A DNA stretch of 64,000 nt from an uncultured virus (IMG/VR IMGVR_UViG_3300034092_002689) (taxonomy: Duplodnaviria > Heunggongvirae > Uroviricota > Caudoviricetes). Positions 21,429 through 30,429 of the stretch are shown here, one piece after another. The translations under genes were made by a program, and so were the position numbers. Numbering within the stretch: the stretch's first letter is position 1; the number at the start of each line of letters is the position of its first letter. The DNA lies in the IMG/VR virus record IMGVR_UViG_3300034092_002689; one strand, 5' to 3'. Under the pieces are notes generated by a model, which worked only from the letters and a program-made list of their open reading frames with translations, was not told where the DNA came from and searched no databases.

Positions 21429-22355
21429 TTATGAATTCCTTGATATTTCTATCCATCTGTCAAACAGACTATCGTATTGTAATGTGATGCTATCGTATTG
21501 ATATAAAATACAATTACCATTTAAAATGGCACCTTTGCTTGCGTCATTATTCGACAAAGAAATCGCAAATTGCGTATCTCCTCCTATCAAGTTTACCAAT
21601 GTTCCATTAGGATAAGCAGTGGTGCCAAATGGTGTAACAGAAAGAGCGGTTATTCCTTGAGTTGCTGCTGCCACTATAATTTTTTGAAGAGGCTTAAGGG
21701 GATCAATAAGAACATATTGGCCAGCACTTATACTTGCTTGCGTATCGGTATGCCAATTATTTGCCCCTATTTGATAAGCAGTACCAAATGCCGCTGGATT
21801 TAAAAGAAGAGTAGTGGCAGATGTTGCGATACCTAATTCTACCACCCATTCATTAAGAGTAAACGGAATAGCAGTTTGAACTCCACCGGGTACAGTAGTA
21901 GATCCATAAACCGGACTTCCTGTTGATAATCCGCTTAATCCGGTTAATTCTCCATTAATTTGTACATCAACCGTAGATCCTGAAGATACCGCTCCTGTTG
22001 TAAAACCAATGGCATTATAGCGTCTGTTGTTAGTAACATCTAATTTGTAAATGCGTCCTGCGGTTCTTGCGCTATCAACAGCGCCTTCAGAAATATATAC
22101 AGCATCACCTGCTAATAAGTTTTCACCTGCAGTAAGATTTAATGTACTTGTTCCTCCACCGCCACTGATTGCTACCCAATATCCTGCTGCTAAATCTGTA
22201 GCAAATGATCCACTAGATGTATGAGCAACGAGACAGCGATAAATGGCATCGTTGTAAATGACTAGATCATTTACATTATACGCTTGCGATGATGCCCAAA
22301 GAGGTATCGGCGTATCTGTATTTGTAAAATGTTGTAATGTTCTATTATATGCCAT
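21429..22355 (-). CDS. Fibre-associated protein with N-terminal CBM5/12-like carbohydrate-binding module (308 aa)
   Basis: WASSQAYNVNDLVIYNDAIYRCLVAHTS...W; central TAGENLLAGDAVYIS domain shared with 23472-25430. Confidence 0.65.
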   Translation of the reverse strand: MAYNRTLQHFTNTDTPIPLWASSQAYNVNDLVIYNDAIYRCLVAHTSSGSFATDLAAGYWVAISGGGGTSTLNLTAGENLLAGDAVYISEGAVDSARTAGRIYKLDVTNNRRYNAIGFTTGAVSSGSTVDVQINGELTGLSGLSTGSPVYGSTTVPGGVQTAIPFTLNEWVVELGIATSATTLLLNPAAFGTAYQIGANNWHTDTQASISAGQYVLIDPLKPLQKIIVAAATQGITALSVTPFGTTAYPNGTLVNLIGGDTQFAISLSNNDASKGAILNGNCILYQYDSITLQYDSLFDRWIEISRNS

Positions 22356-22359
22356 ATGC

Positions 22360-22629
22360 TTATAATCCTAAGATTGCCTGTATTTCTTCTTCATTTAATC
22401 CAAGAGCTGTTAATTTTGCTTTTGCTGAATTAATTTTTTGCATTTTTTCCAAATCTTCAACCGCACAAACTATTTCAAATTCTTTAGTTTCTGTAGTAAC
22501 GCTAAAATTAGAATTCCAATATGGTTTATTTTTTTCTTCTTGCAACCAATTTTCTAATTCATTTTCCGAATTAAAATGTTCAGTCCAAATCAAAGCAGAG
22601 TCTGCATTAAAAATTTTTAAAATTTTCAT
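22360..22629 (-). CDS. Small tail accessory protein (89 aa)
   Basis: C-terminal AKAKLTALGLNEEEIQAILG, a motif I recall from small proteins that follow glycine-rich tail genes. Confidence 0.6.
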   Translation of the reverse strand: MKILKIFNADSALIWTEHFNSENELENWLQEEKNKPYWNSNFSVTTETKEFEIVCAVEDLEKMQKINSAKAKLTALGLNEEEIQAILGL

Positions 22630-23468
22630 AAATAGTATTCCTCCACTATAATTACTCCAGAACCTCCAGCATAACCACCACTAGCTCCGCCTGATCCTAT
22701 TGAATATAAATAAGTATTTTGAGGATTATGTAAAAATGCTTCTATATATCCTCCAGCTCCACCACCGCCGCCCATTGCATTGTTTGCACAAGCATTTCCT
22801 GCTCCTCCGCTTCCGCTATTTGCAACGGCTGAAGTACCCGGCGATCCACATCCCACACCTCCAGTGCCAGCTCCGCCAAAATATGAACTTCCGCCCATAC
22901 CGCTTATTGTTTGATTTATTGCTATATGTCCCCCGTAGCCGCTGCCGCCGCCACCTCCGGCCACTCCCCAGCCAACTGCTGGAGAATTAATGGTAAAAGA
23001 TCCACCATTTCCAGCATAGCTTCCTGCTGTTGGGGCACCAAATCCGCCATTAGCTATAAGTAATGATATACCAAATACTGATGCAGTACCGTTAGCGCCA
23101 GCGCTACCTCCTGAACCACCCCCGCCGGAACCTCCCGCTCCCACCATTCGGACTTTTAAATATTTAACTCCGGATGGTTTTGTATATGTTAACAATAACT
23201 GATATGAAGAAAAAGTAATCGTGGCATCTCCAGTGCCAGAAGTTCTAGTTAATGTTCCACTAGCTAATGGCAATCCTGTTGTATTAGAAGTAAATAATCT
23301 TGTTTCTCCTGTTATTGTTGAAAGCACTGTAAATGTTTGACCATTATTGGTGTATGTTGCTCCTACTGTGGCATTTGCTGCAGTAACTGTGAACAAAATA
23401 CCGGATTGTGATCCTGCATTAGATGTAAATCTCTGTATTGTAGGGCCATTAAAATTTATACTAGGCAT
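22626..23468 (-). CDS. Glycine-rich tail protein (280 aa)
   Basis: TYTKPSGVKYLKVRMVGAGGSGGGG...GGSGVIIVEEY glycine-rich domain. Confidence 0.75.
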   Translation of the reverse strand: MPSINFNGPTIQRFTSNAGSQSGILFTVTAANATVGATYTNNGQTFTVLSTITGETRLFTSNTTGLPLASGTLTRTSGTGDATITFSSYQLLLTYTKPSGVKYLKVRMVGAGGSGGGGSGGSAGANGTASVFGISLLIANGGFGAPTAGSYAGNGGSFTINSPAVGWGVAGGGGGSGYGGHIAINQTISGMGGSSYFGGAGTGGVGCGSPGTSAVANSGSGGAGNACANNAMGGGGGAGGYIEAFLHNPQNTYLYSIGSGGASGGYAGGSGVIIVEEYYL

Positions 23469-23471
23469 CTT

Positions 23472-25430
23472 TTATACTCCGTAAATTAACTGCAGAATAA
23501 ATCCGTTTGGTGTACCAGATTGCACACTTGTAATGTTAAGACGCAACAAAGTACCTGCAGCTAAAGATAAAGGATTAGAAGTTAATATGGCATTAGTAGA
23601 TACTGCATAATTACCAGCAGATGAAGCAACAGACGGCCTTGTTGCGAAAATGGATGTCCAAGTACCGCCATTATTTGTAGAATATTCAATATCTACTTCG
23701 GTGGTTCCGCCACTACCTGCTGTTTGTATTAAAAGTTTAGCATCACTAACACTAAGAAGAGTAATAGCTCTGTCTAACATTACTTCTGTTTGCGTAGATC
23801 CACCAAGATAGTAAGGACCAGTAACATTAAAATTTAATGCTTGATAAAGAGTAGCACCCGGAGCCGCATTAGACACTACTTTCACTGCAGTAGCGCTACC
23901 TGCTGCGTTGATGACAAGAGATGATGTGGTGGATGCAAGACCTACTGGAACAATCCATTCACCAACAACCCAAGGAGCGACAGTAACAAGCTTACCCGGA
24001 TTTGCAGGATCAGCGAATACTGGCTTTCCTCGAGAAAGACCACTTAGTCCTGTAATTTCACCTGCAATTTGTACCGTGACAGGGTCATTTAAGTTAGCTC
24101 CAGCTTGTGCAAATCCAATAAATTCAATTTTTGCATCATTTGAAGCGTCTAATCTGTAAACTTTACCATCAGCATTTGAAATGTACACTGCATCTTTTGC
24201 TGCAATTACTTCTCCTGCAGTGCCAGTAGTAGTGACTTCACTTGTTGCAATAGAACTCCAAACAAAATCAGAACCATCGTAAACAAGAGCTGTATCGACA
24301 GTAGGCGCTGATGCTGGAAAATTGATGGAATATGTAGCTGAACCACTAGACGCACCAAGAGATAATATTCCGGTATTTACAAATCTTACTGTATTTCCGG
24401 TATCTAATTCTAAACCGGAGGCATCAACTGTCGCAATCAAGTTACCTGCGTTTTTAAGTTCGATAGTATCTGTAGCAAGAACAGTATCTAACACCAACTC
24501 AGTAGAACCAGTTTTATTTTTAATGGTATCTGTAGTGGGAGTAAGAAGAATAGGATTATCTAAGGTTTTATTGTATACCGTTTGTATTTTATTTATTAAT
24601 ACTACGGTATCGGTAGTAGCGGGGGCATCGGGATGAGGGAGTGTGATAGTGCCAGAAGCATTAGCTTCTGCATTTAATGCTGTAGTGCCAGAAACAGAAC
24701 CTTTTAAAAGCAATGCGCTAGGTTCAAACGATTTTGCACCAGCAAGCACGATAGTTTGTGTTTGATCTGTGTATAAAACATTAGAAGGTAATGCGCTGGA
24801 TGGAATATTTAAAAGAGTGTTATTATTTCCATCGATAGTTTTATTCGTCAAAGTATCAGCGGTATTAATACCCACTAATGTATCTGTTGTATTTGGAACA
24901 GTGACTGTACCCGTGCTGTTAAAATTAATAGTACCTGCAGCATTTATTAAACTAGCTGCGGTATTTCCAGTAAGAGTTTTATTAGTCAGAACATCAGAAG
25001 TATCTCTACCCACTAATGTATCAGTAGCTGCAGGAAGTGTAAGAGTACCAGAAGCCACTGCTGATGCATTTAATGTGGTAGCTCCGGAAGTAGAGCCATT
25101 GAAAAGAATAGTATTCGGATTAAAGCTTTTAGCTCCGGTAACAGTTTGTATGCCGTTTACTAAAAGAACATTTGCACTTAATGCACTATCCGGAACATTA
25201 CTAATGGTGTTTCCTGTAGTACCAGTATCGAAGTCTAGAGTTTTATTTGTGAATACAGCGGAGTGAGCTTCAGTAGCGATGGGAGAAGATTGAGTAGTTT
25301 GAAGACCATTGTAAAAGTAAAGTTTGCCATTACTTGTAACAACATTCAAATCGCCTGTAACTGTATTCTGATCGGCACTATTTGGTACTAACCCAATGCC
25401 TTTATTAAAATTTTGATAACGAGAAGCCAT
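23472..25430 (-). CDS. Tail fibre protein (652 aa)
   Basis: Repeated TLTLPAATDTLVG/TLTNKT fibre repeats. Confidence 0.7.
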   Translation of the reverse strand: MASRYQNFNKGIGLVPNSADQNTVTGDLNVVTSNGKLYFYNGLQTTQSSPIATEAHSAVFTNKTLDFDTGTTGNTISNVPDSALSANVLLVNGIQTVTGAKSFNPNTILFNGSTSGATTLNASAVASGTLTLPAATDTLVGRDTSDVLTNKTLTGNTAASLINAAGTINFNSTGTVTVPNTTDTLVGINTADTLTNKTIDGNNNTLLNIPSSALPSNVLYTDQTQTIVLAGAKSFEPSALLLKGSVSGTTALNAEANASGTITLPHPDAPATTDTVVLINKIQTVYNKTLDNPILLTPTTDTIKNKTGSTELVLDTVLATDTIELKNAGNLIATVDASGLELDTGNTVRFVNTGILSLGASSGSATYSINFPASAPTVDTALVYDGSDFVWSSIATSEVTTTGTAGEVIAAKDAVYISNADGKVYRLDASNDAKIEFIGFAQAGANLNDPVTVQIAGEITGLSGLSRGKPVFADPANPGKLVTVAPWVVGEWIVPVGLASTTSSLVINAAGSATAVKVVSNAAPGATLYQALNFNVTGPYYLGGSTQTEVMLDRAITLLSVSDAKLLIQTAGSGGTTEVDIEYSTNNGGTWTSIFATRPSVASSAGNYAVSTNAILTSNPLSLAAGTLLRLNITSVQSGTPNGFILQLIYGV

Positions 25431-25442
25431 TACATTTATTCC

Positions 25443-25955
25443 TTAAGTTAAGTTGCTCACTAATAAAGTTTTAGCAGAATATGATATTTTACTATTTAAG
25501 TTATCGTAAGCTCCTCCTAGAGCTACAGTGTCTAAGTAAATTTGATCATTTGTCATATAGAATGTGTGATATTGATTTCCATTCGCTTGCCTTGGACCAC
25601 TAAATTGATGCTCTATCATCCATTCGCTTACGCCGGGAGATGGTACTTTATTGTAAACACCAAAAATAGTACCTGTCTCGCTAAGCGTAGTTACGCCATT
25701 AGTGCGATAAATAGAGTAGCTGAATACAAACGAACGCACTTGCAAATTAGGAAAAGCAGCACTTGGAATGGCATAGCCCACATTGGCATCGTTTGCTAAC
25801 ACTTCAACTCGAGGACTAATATCAAATGCTGATACTAAGCCAGCAAGAACATCAGATACTGCTTGTGCAAATTCAATAGTAGCTGGTGCCCAGTTTGCAT
25901 CTGCACCGCTAGAAGGAAAGTCAATAACTGTCGAACCGATAATGATATTAGGCAT
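25443..25955 (-). CDS. Hypothetical structural protein (170 aa)
   Basis: In the fibre operon; beta-rich; weak resemblance to the C-terminal domain of 15986-18748. Confidence 0.6.
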   Translation of the reverse strand: MPNIIIGSTVIDFPSSGADANWAPATIEFAQAVSDVLAGLVSAFDISPRVEVLANDANVGYAIPSAAFPNLQVRSFVFSYSIYRTNGVTTLSETGTIFGVYNKVPSPGVSEWMIEHQFSGPRQANGNQYHTFYMTNDQIYLDTVALGGAYDNLNSKISYSAKTLLVSNLT

Positions 25956-26196
25956 CAGTTTTATCTTTTTTATTGATAGCTTTATTCAAGCTATAAAGAC
26001 CACCAAGTGCGGCCATAGAAGCAGCATAATCAGTGCCGCTAAAGTCTGAAAATTTAAATCCTTTTAAATCCATTCCAGACATTATCAATTTTAAATTTAC
26101 GATGAATACGCCTACGATAAAAGCTGTCAATGTATAAGACGGTTTTCCTGTTTTTACATTTTTTATAATCAACTTTGATATCACCGTATTCAACAT
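25948..26196 (-). CDS. Small two-TM membrane protein (holin candidate, 82 aa)
   Basis: Two hydrophobic helices and a basic C-terminus; promoter motif upstream. Confidence 0.5.
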   Translation of the reverse strand: MLNTVISKLIIKNVKTGKPSYTLTAFIVGVFIVNLKLIMSGMDLKGFKFSDFSGTDYAASMAALGGLYSLNKAINKKDKTDA

Positions 26197-26210
26197 ATGG
26201 ATTTACCTAT

Positions 26211-26221
26211 AGTTGTTAAAA
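26211..26221 (-). promoter_or_regulatory. Phage late-type promoter motif TTTTAACAACT
   Basis: Upstream of the fibre operon. Confidence 0.8.
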
Positions 26222-26230
26222 TTGATAAAT

Positions 26231-27100
26231 TTACAATAAAAATAATTTTTTTGGTCTATACCAGCACCGGCTACGCACTCCTGTGATATCATTACACTCT
26301 TCGGCACATGCCCCTTGGCATGGAGAATCAGCACTCAGCTCATCTTTATGGCTTTTGCCACATACAGATCCTGCAAAATAGGTATCTAGACGACACTGAG
26401 CTTTTGGATGTCCATTATATGTTTCCAGTACTTCTTTTTTATCTGGGGTATCAAAACTAATATTAGCTGAAGAATTGGATAGATTATTTAATACACGGGC
26501 TAACTTGTACCCAATGAAGGATGATTTTTTACAAATAGCTATTTCTTGCGCTGATTTATGTTGTACAGCGCACATTTTAGACACAGATGGAGGAACTGGC
26601 GCATCGTATATATTACTTATTGCTCCGCTCTGTATCATAAGCCTGAACCCCTTTAGTGTGGCATAATAATCGGCTCCGCCTTCATTTGTTGCCCAACTCT
26701 TCTTTGGATATCCACCCAAATGATGACCTATTTCGTGTAACATAACTGCCAAATAAGTCTCGGCATCCATCATTTCATGCCGTGCTAACCCGCCAAATGC
26801 ATTGACTATCCAATATTTTCCACTAACCGTAGTATTCGCATTAACAGTATCGTCATTCCAAAGACGATGGACTTTTAATGTATAACCGCTTTCTTTAACT
26901 ATTGGTTCATATACTTTAGTAAAATGATCAATTACCAAATTAAAAGTAACTTCATCCATTCCGGTTTTATTAAAAACAGATATGCGTCTTTCTACAGGAT
27001 CAATTAAAGTACAATGCTCATCTATTTTATTGGTATTTGAGTATATTAAAATAGATGATAACAGGGTTATTTGAGCTATAAGAGTGGCTAATAATTTCAT
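26231..27100 (-). CDS. Secreted zinc metalloprotease (HEXXH, M48-like), Cys-rich
   Basis: Signal-peptide-like MKLLATLIAQITLLSSILIYS after a GGAG RBS; VNA...FGGLARH...HEIGHHLGG...NEGGADYYA...HPKAQCRLDT. Confidence 0.75.
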   Translation of the reverse strand: MKLLATLIAQITLLSSILIYSNTNKIDEHCTLIDPVERRISVFNKTGMDEVTFNLVIDHFTKVYEPIVKESGYTLKVHRLWNDDTVNANTTVSGKYWIVNAFGGLARHEMMDAETYLAVMLHEIGHHLGGYPKKSWATNEGGADYYATLKGFRLMIQSGAISNIYDAPVPPSVSKMCAVQHKSAQEIAICKKSSFIGYKLARVLNNLSNSSANISFDTPDKKEVLETYNGHPKAQCRLDTYFAGSVCGKSHKDELSADSPCQGACAEECNDITGVRSRCWYRPKKLFLL

Positions 27101-27164
27101 TTTGTATTCTCCATTCATCTCCGAAAGGTATTTTTGGAAATGAAGGGAAAAGACAATATTATTA

Positions 27165-27175
27165 AGTTGTTAAAA
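27165..27175 (-). promoter_or_regulatory. Phage late-type promoter motif TTTTAACAACT
   Basis: Between the MCP terminator and the metalloprotease gene. Confidence 0.8.
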
Positions 27176-27196
27176 TTTTTGACTATGAAACAAAAT

Positions 27197-27227
27197 AAAA
27201 AAGGCCCGATCCAACGGACCGAGCCTT
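27197..27227 (-). terminator. Rho-independent terminator after major capsid gene
   Basis: Minus strand AGGCTCGGTCC-GTT-GGATCGGGCCT followed by a T run. Confidence 0.85.
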
Positions 27228-27249
27228 CCTTATGTAATTTTATTTTAAA

Positions 27250-28500
27250 TTACTGTTGATTTACGATGCCGTAGATCAGAGTTTGCTTACCGGGAGCAGC
27301 ACAGAATACTGCCTGATCGGTATAGCAACGAAGCTCGTAACCAGAAGCATTCTCGAGGTCACGGAAGAAGTTTCCGTCAGCACCCGGACGCTTGAAGGTA
27401 ATGTCGGTAGAACCAACACGAGCGAAATCTTCCATCGACAGGAGGTAAGCATAGCCTTCCTTCACATAGATGGATGGGATGATTTCGATTTCACCGTTCT
27501 GAGAGTAGAAGGTGAGAGCTTCAGTACCGTTCTCAAGCTTCTTCTTGGAGTACGAACCATCGTACTTACGAAGAGCAGCTTGATCGGAAAGCATGTTTGC
27601 CCAACCACGAGGGTTAACAAGGCAGGTTACTTTGCTTTCCAAGCCCTTTTCAACAGAGCGAGCCACTGCTTGATTCAACTTGGAGAAAGAAAGCGCACCA
27701 GACTGAGCGTCATAGAGGTTTCCTTTGAACAGGTTGTAAGTAGAGGTGTCGATGTTGAAGAGAGTGGTGATACCAGACTGTTGAATGATCTTATGGATAC
27801 CTACGAATTCATTTCCGTAAGCACCTTTGTGCCAAACAACATCGTTAGCCAGAACACCAGCAGGAAGAGCGTCAACGGTGATAACACGGGTGTCCATGTT
27901 AACAGATTGAACAGCGCAGCTCCCACGAAGAACACCAGCAGGAGAACGGATTTCGAGAGGCATATTCTCAGATCCAGCCCAAATACCGGGTGCCCACTCA
28001 GCGGTGGTAACGGTGAAATTGCTTGCGCCGGTAGCGGAAACGGTAGCGTATCCAACTTGACCGTAGAGCATTTCAATTTCGATTTTCTTAGCCATAGAGC
28101 GAAGCATGTTACCAACAACAAACTTGGTGGCATCCATGAACGCTTGTGCTCCGCCTTGAGCGGCACGGCTAGCTGCGCTGTATCCGAGGATAGAGCGAAG
28201 AACAGCCGGTGAGCCTTTCACTTGGGCATCTTTGATAGCGCCAGCGATTGCAGGTTGCAATGCGAAAGCGTCATCGTCAGACGAAGCGAAGGTAATACCA
28301 TGCTCGAGACCGAGAACGACTGGTTGATGATAGAGGTTTCCGGGTTGCTTGTCCTTAGACATGAACTTAATCATGTTAAGGAGCTTCACCATATCCGGGA
28401 TAAGCTCTTTAAGTTTATCTGCATAAACTTCCTTGAACAAACCGTTCAAGTTACCGACTGTATTATTCGGTGTACTAAATGTATTTGCTACTTGAGACAT
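27250..28500 (-). CDS. Major capsid protein (416 aa)
   Basis: Size; position after scaffold; NGLFKEVYAD N-terminus; strongly biased codons; AGGAG RBS; terminator after. Confidence 0.85.
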   Translation of the reverse strand: MSQVANTFSTPNNTVGNLNGLFKEVYADKLKELIPDMVKLLNMIKFMSKDKQPGNLYHQPVVLGLEHGITFASSDDDAFALQPAIAGAIKDAQVKGSPAVLRSILGYSAASRAAQGGAQAFMDATKFVVGNMLRSMAKKIEIEMLYGQVGYATVSATGASNFTVTTAEWAPGIWAGSENMPLEIRSPAGVLRGSCAVQSVNMDTRVITVDALPAGVLANDVVWHKGAYGNEFVGIHKIIQQSGITTLFNIDTSTYNLFKGNLYDAQSGALSFSKLNQAVARSVEKGLESKVTCLVNPRGWANMLSDQAALRKYDGSYSKKKLENGTEALTFYSQNGEIEIIPSIYVKEGYAYLLSMEDFARVGSTDITFKRPGADGNFFRDLENASGYELRCYTDQAVFCAAPGKQTLIYGIVNQQ

Positions 28501-28514
28501 TGTTTATTCTCCTA

Positions 28515-28817
28515 TTATTCCTGAATAACATACTTCAGGATGATACAATCTTCGTTAGCGAGAGCTGCCGAGAGAGTAAGGGTTACTTTGTTGGCAACGG
28601 AAAGATCGATACCAGATTGAGCGATCATGTAGATACCTACAGAATCATCACAAACAATAGCGGCACGAACTTCCTGAACTGGTTCTTTCAGGTCAACAGT
28701 TACATCAAGACCTGCAACAGATACCATCTGAGTATCTGCTTTTTTAACTACGAGTTCTTGGACTTTCAGTTGAAGCCCTTGAACCGCAGCATCTTTTGGT
28801 TGATACGAAATAGACAT
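28515..28817 (-). CDS. Small head protein (decoration/minor capsid candidate, 100 aa)
   Basis: Between scaffold and MCP; AAGGAG RBS; beta-rich. Confidence 0.6.
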   Translation of the reverse strand: MSISYQPKDAAVQGLQLKVQELVVKKADTQMVSVAGLDVTVDLKEPVQEVRAAIVCDDSVGIYMIAQSGIDLSVANKVTLTLSAALANEDCIILKYVIQE

Positions 28818-28970
28818 TTAAGTCTCCTTCTTTTTTATTGGTTATTAGTTATGAAACAACGAAATTGTCGTTTCGGGCTTATTCGTTCGTCCATTGGTAG
28901 TTAAGCATCTCGTTTGAGGTAGCAAAACATCTATGACTACTAAAATTTTATTTTGGATTTTCATCAGCGA

Positions 28971-29897
28971 TTAAAACCCAAAGAAGTTTTTATAATTTAT
29001 CGGAGCAGCAGGTTTTTCTTCTGTCTTTTTTGTACCTACATCTTTGATGCTTGATTTAACAGAAGCGGGAGTTTGCTTTGCTTTTGCGAGATTCTTTTTC
29101 CTAAAACGATTAAGAACCTCTTTACCGATAAACTCCTCTGCCTTTTCTTCTGGCAGAGAATTAATAATTTCTTGAAGATCACCAAGTAATTCTTCCCTGA
29201 CTAATGGTAACACTTCATCGGCAGAAAGATTGATGCCATTCCTTGCACCGATCAACATATATTCTGCCATTTTTCTTACTACATAAGGCTTTTTAGGAAG
29301 GTCAGACTTATCAATAGCGCTAGTCATTTGCGTATCAATTTTTTCAAATTCGATTTCACGCAAGCGTTCTAATTCACGCTGATTAAATTCTTCTTCCTTC
29401 TTTTTTGCTTCGGCTTTAAGCTTATTGAGTTCTTCTTCAAGCTCCTGTTGACGAATCTGTTCAGGACTCATCTCAGCTCGCTTGATTTCTTCCTCAATAA
29501 CAGAAGCAGCAAATTCTTTCGGATCAATACCAAGTTCTACAAGCTTTGCTTTAGTATTGGTTTTCAATTCTGAAAAAAACTGTTGTACTTGCTTTTGAAA
29601 AGAGCTGTTCTCTTGCATTGCTCGTTGAGCAGCTTTAGATAATTGAAGCTGTTTAGTAAGATACTCTACCGCTTCTGGATTCTCTTCAATTTCAAAAGGA
29701 AGTTCTTCTGTTATTTCTTCTCCGTGTACTTTTAACTTAAGTTCACGAATACGCCTAGCTTCGGCTTTAGCTGCTTCCTGTGCAGCTCCTTGATTTTCTA
29801 CTACTTCTTCAGTATTCAACGCATCAGCGCTTTCTACTTCTGAAGCTCCAACATTTAAAGCATCGGCTGCTGGAGCGCCGTTTTGTTCTTCAAACAT
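28971..29897 (-). CDS. Capsid scaffolding protein (308 aa)
   Basis: Acidic N-terminus, LKLKVHGEEITEEL motif, coiled coil; upstream of MCP. Confidence 0.75.
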   Translation of the reverse strand: MFEEQNGAPAADALNVGASEVESADALNTEEVVENQGAAQEAAKAEARRIRELKLKVHGEEITEELPFEIEENPEAVEYLTKQLQLSKAAQRAMQENSSFQKQVQQFFSELKTNTKAKLVELGIDPKEFAASVIEEEIKRAEMSPEQIRQQELEEELNKLKAEAKKKEEEFNQRELERLREIEFEKIDTQMTSAIDKSDLPKKPYVVRKMAEYMLIGARNGINLSADEVLPLVREELLGDLQEIINSLPEEKAEEFIGKEVLNRFRKKNLAKAKQTPASVKSSIKDVGTKKTEEKPAAPINYKNFFGF

Positions 29898-29992
29898 TTA
29901 TTTCTCCTTCACTATCCTCACGGGTAAGTGTTAGATAATCCATCCAGCCAATTTGGATAGGATAAAACATCGTAGAATTGGCCTACATATAT

Positions 29993-30003
29993 AGTTGTTA
30001 AAA
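29993..30003 (-). promoter_or_regulatory. Phage late-type promoter motif TTTTAACAACT
   Basis: Upstream of the scaffold-MCP operon. Confidence 0.8.
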
Positions 30004-30007
30004 TTTG

Positions 30008-30178
30008 TTATTTTTTACATTCACATTTCGGCTTAAATTTGCAATTACACTTTTTATCGTGTTCTTTGTGCTCTTTTTTAAGCTTTGACTGTATCTTCTG
30101 AAAACGCTTATTTTTACCGGCGTATGTATTTTTCATTTCTGGCTTTAAACTGCCGAAAGTATTGGAAGTATTAGACAT
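30008..30178 (-). CDS. Small basic Cys-tailed protein (56 aa), not in ORF track
   Basis: Hand translation MSNTSNTFGSLKPEMKNTYAGKNKRFQKIQSKLKKEHKEHDKKCNCKFKPKCECKK; starts 2 nt after the upstream stop. Confidence 0.65.
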   Translation of the reverse strand: MSNTSNTFGSLKPEMKNTYAGKNKRFQKIQSKLKKEHKEHDKKCNCKFKPKCECKK

Positions 30179-30180
30179 AT

Positions 30181-30429
30181 TTATTTTTTTACTTTGGATT
30201 TAATGCGACTAAATCGCACTTTACTTGTTTTATGTCCGACTTTTTGCTTGTCGGATATAGCCCTTTTCTTTTGACTTTCTGTTAATTCGCCCCAAGTTTT
30301 AGGACTTTTTTCAGTGACTCGTTTAGATGGTCTACATTTAGGCGTACCCTTTGTAGTGCCAGAGCCACAAGGATCACCCTTTTGATTGGTCCATTTTTCT
30401 GCAAACCAACGCTTAAGACCTTCAGCCAT
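30181..30429 (-). CDS. Small basic phage protein (DUF5872-like C-half, 82 aa)
   Basis: GLKRWFAEKW...CG...PKCRPSKRVTEKSPKTWGEL; ATG at 30429 coupled (TAATG) to the upstream stop. Confidence 0.7.
   Translation of the reverse strand: MAEGLKRWFAEKWTNQKGDPCGSGTTKGTPKCRPSKRVTEKSPKTWGELTESQKKRAISDKQKVGHKTSKVRFSRIKSKVKK

Noticed and set aside
19554..25430. Diversity-generating retroelement acting on fibre genes
   Set aside because: No reverse transcriptase and no template/variable repeat pair differing at adenines was seen
27256..28212. 318-aa plus-strand ORF antisense to the major capsid gene
   Set aside because: Shadow ORF expected from the strong codon bias of the MCP; no RBS or recognisable motif
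28818..28970. Hammerhead ribozyme suggested by CTGATGA...GAAAC on the minus strand between the scaffold and 100-aa genes
   Set aside because: The bases after CTGATGA and before GAAA do not form stem II; only a GAAACGAC/GTTGTTTC hairpin is supported
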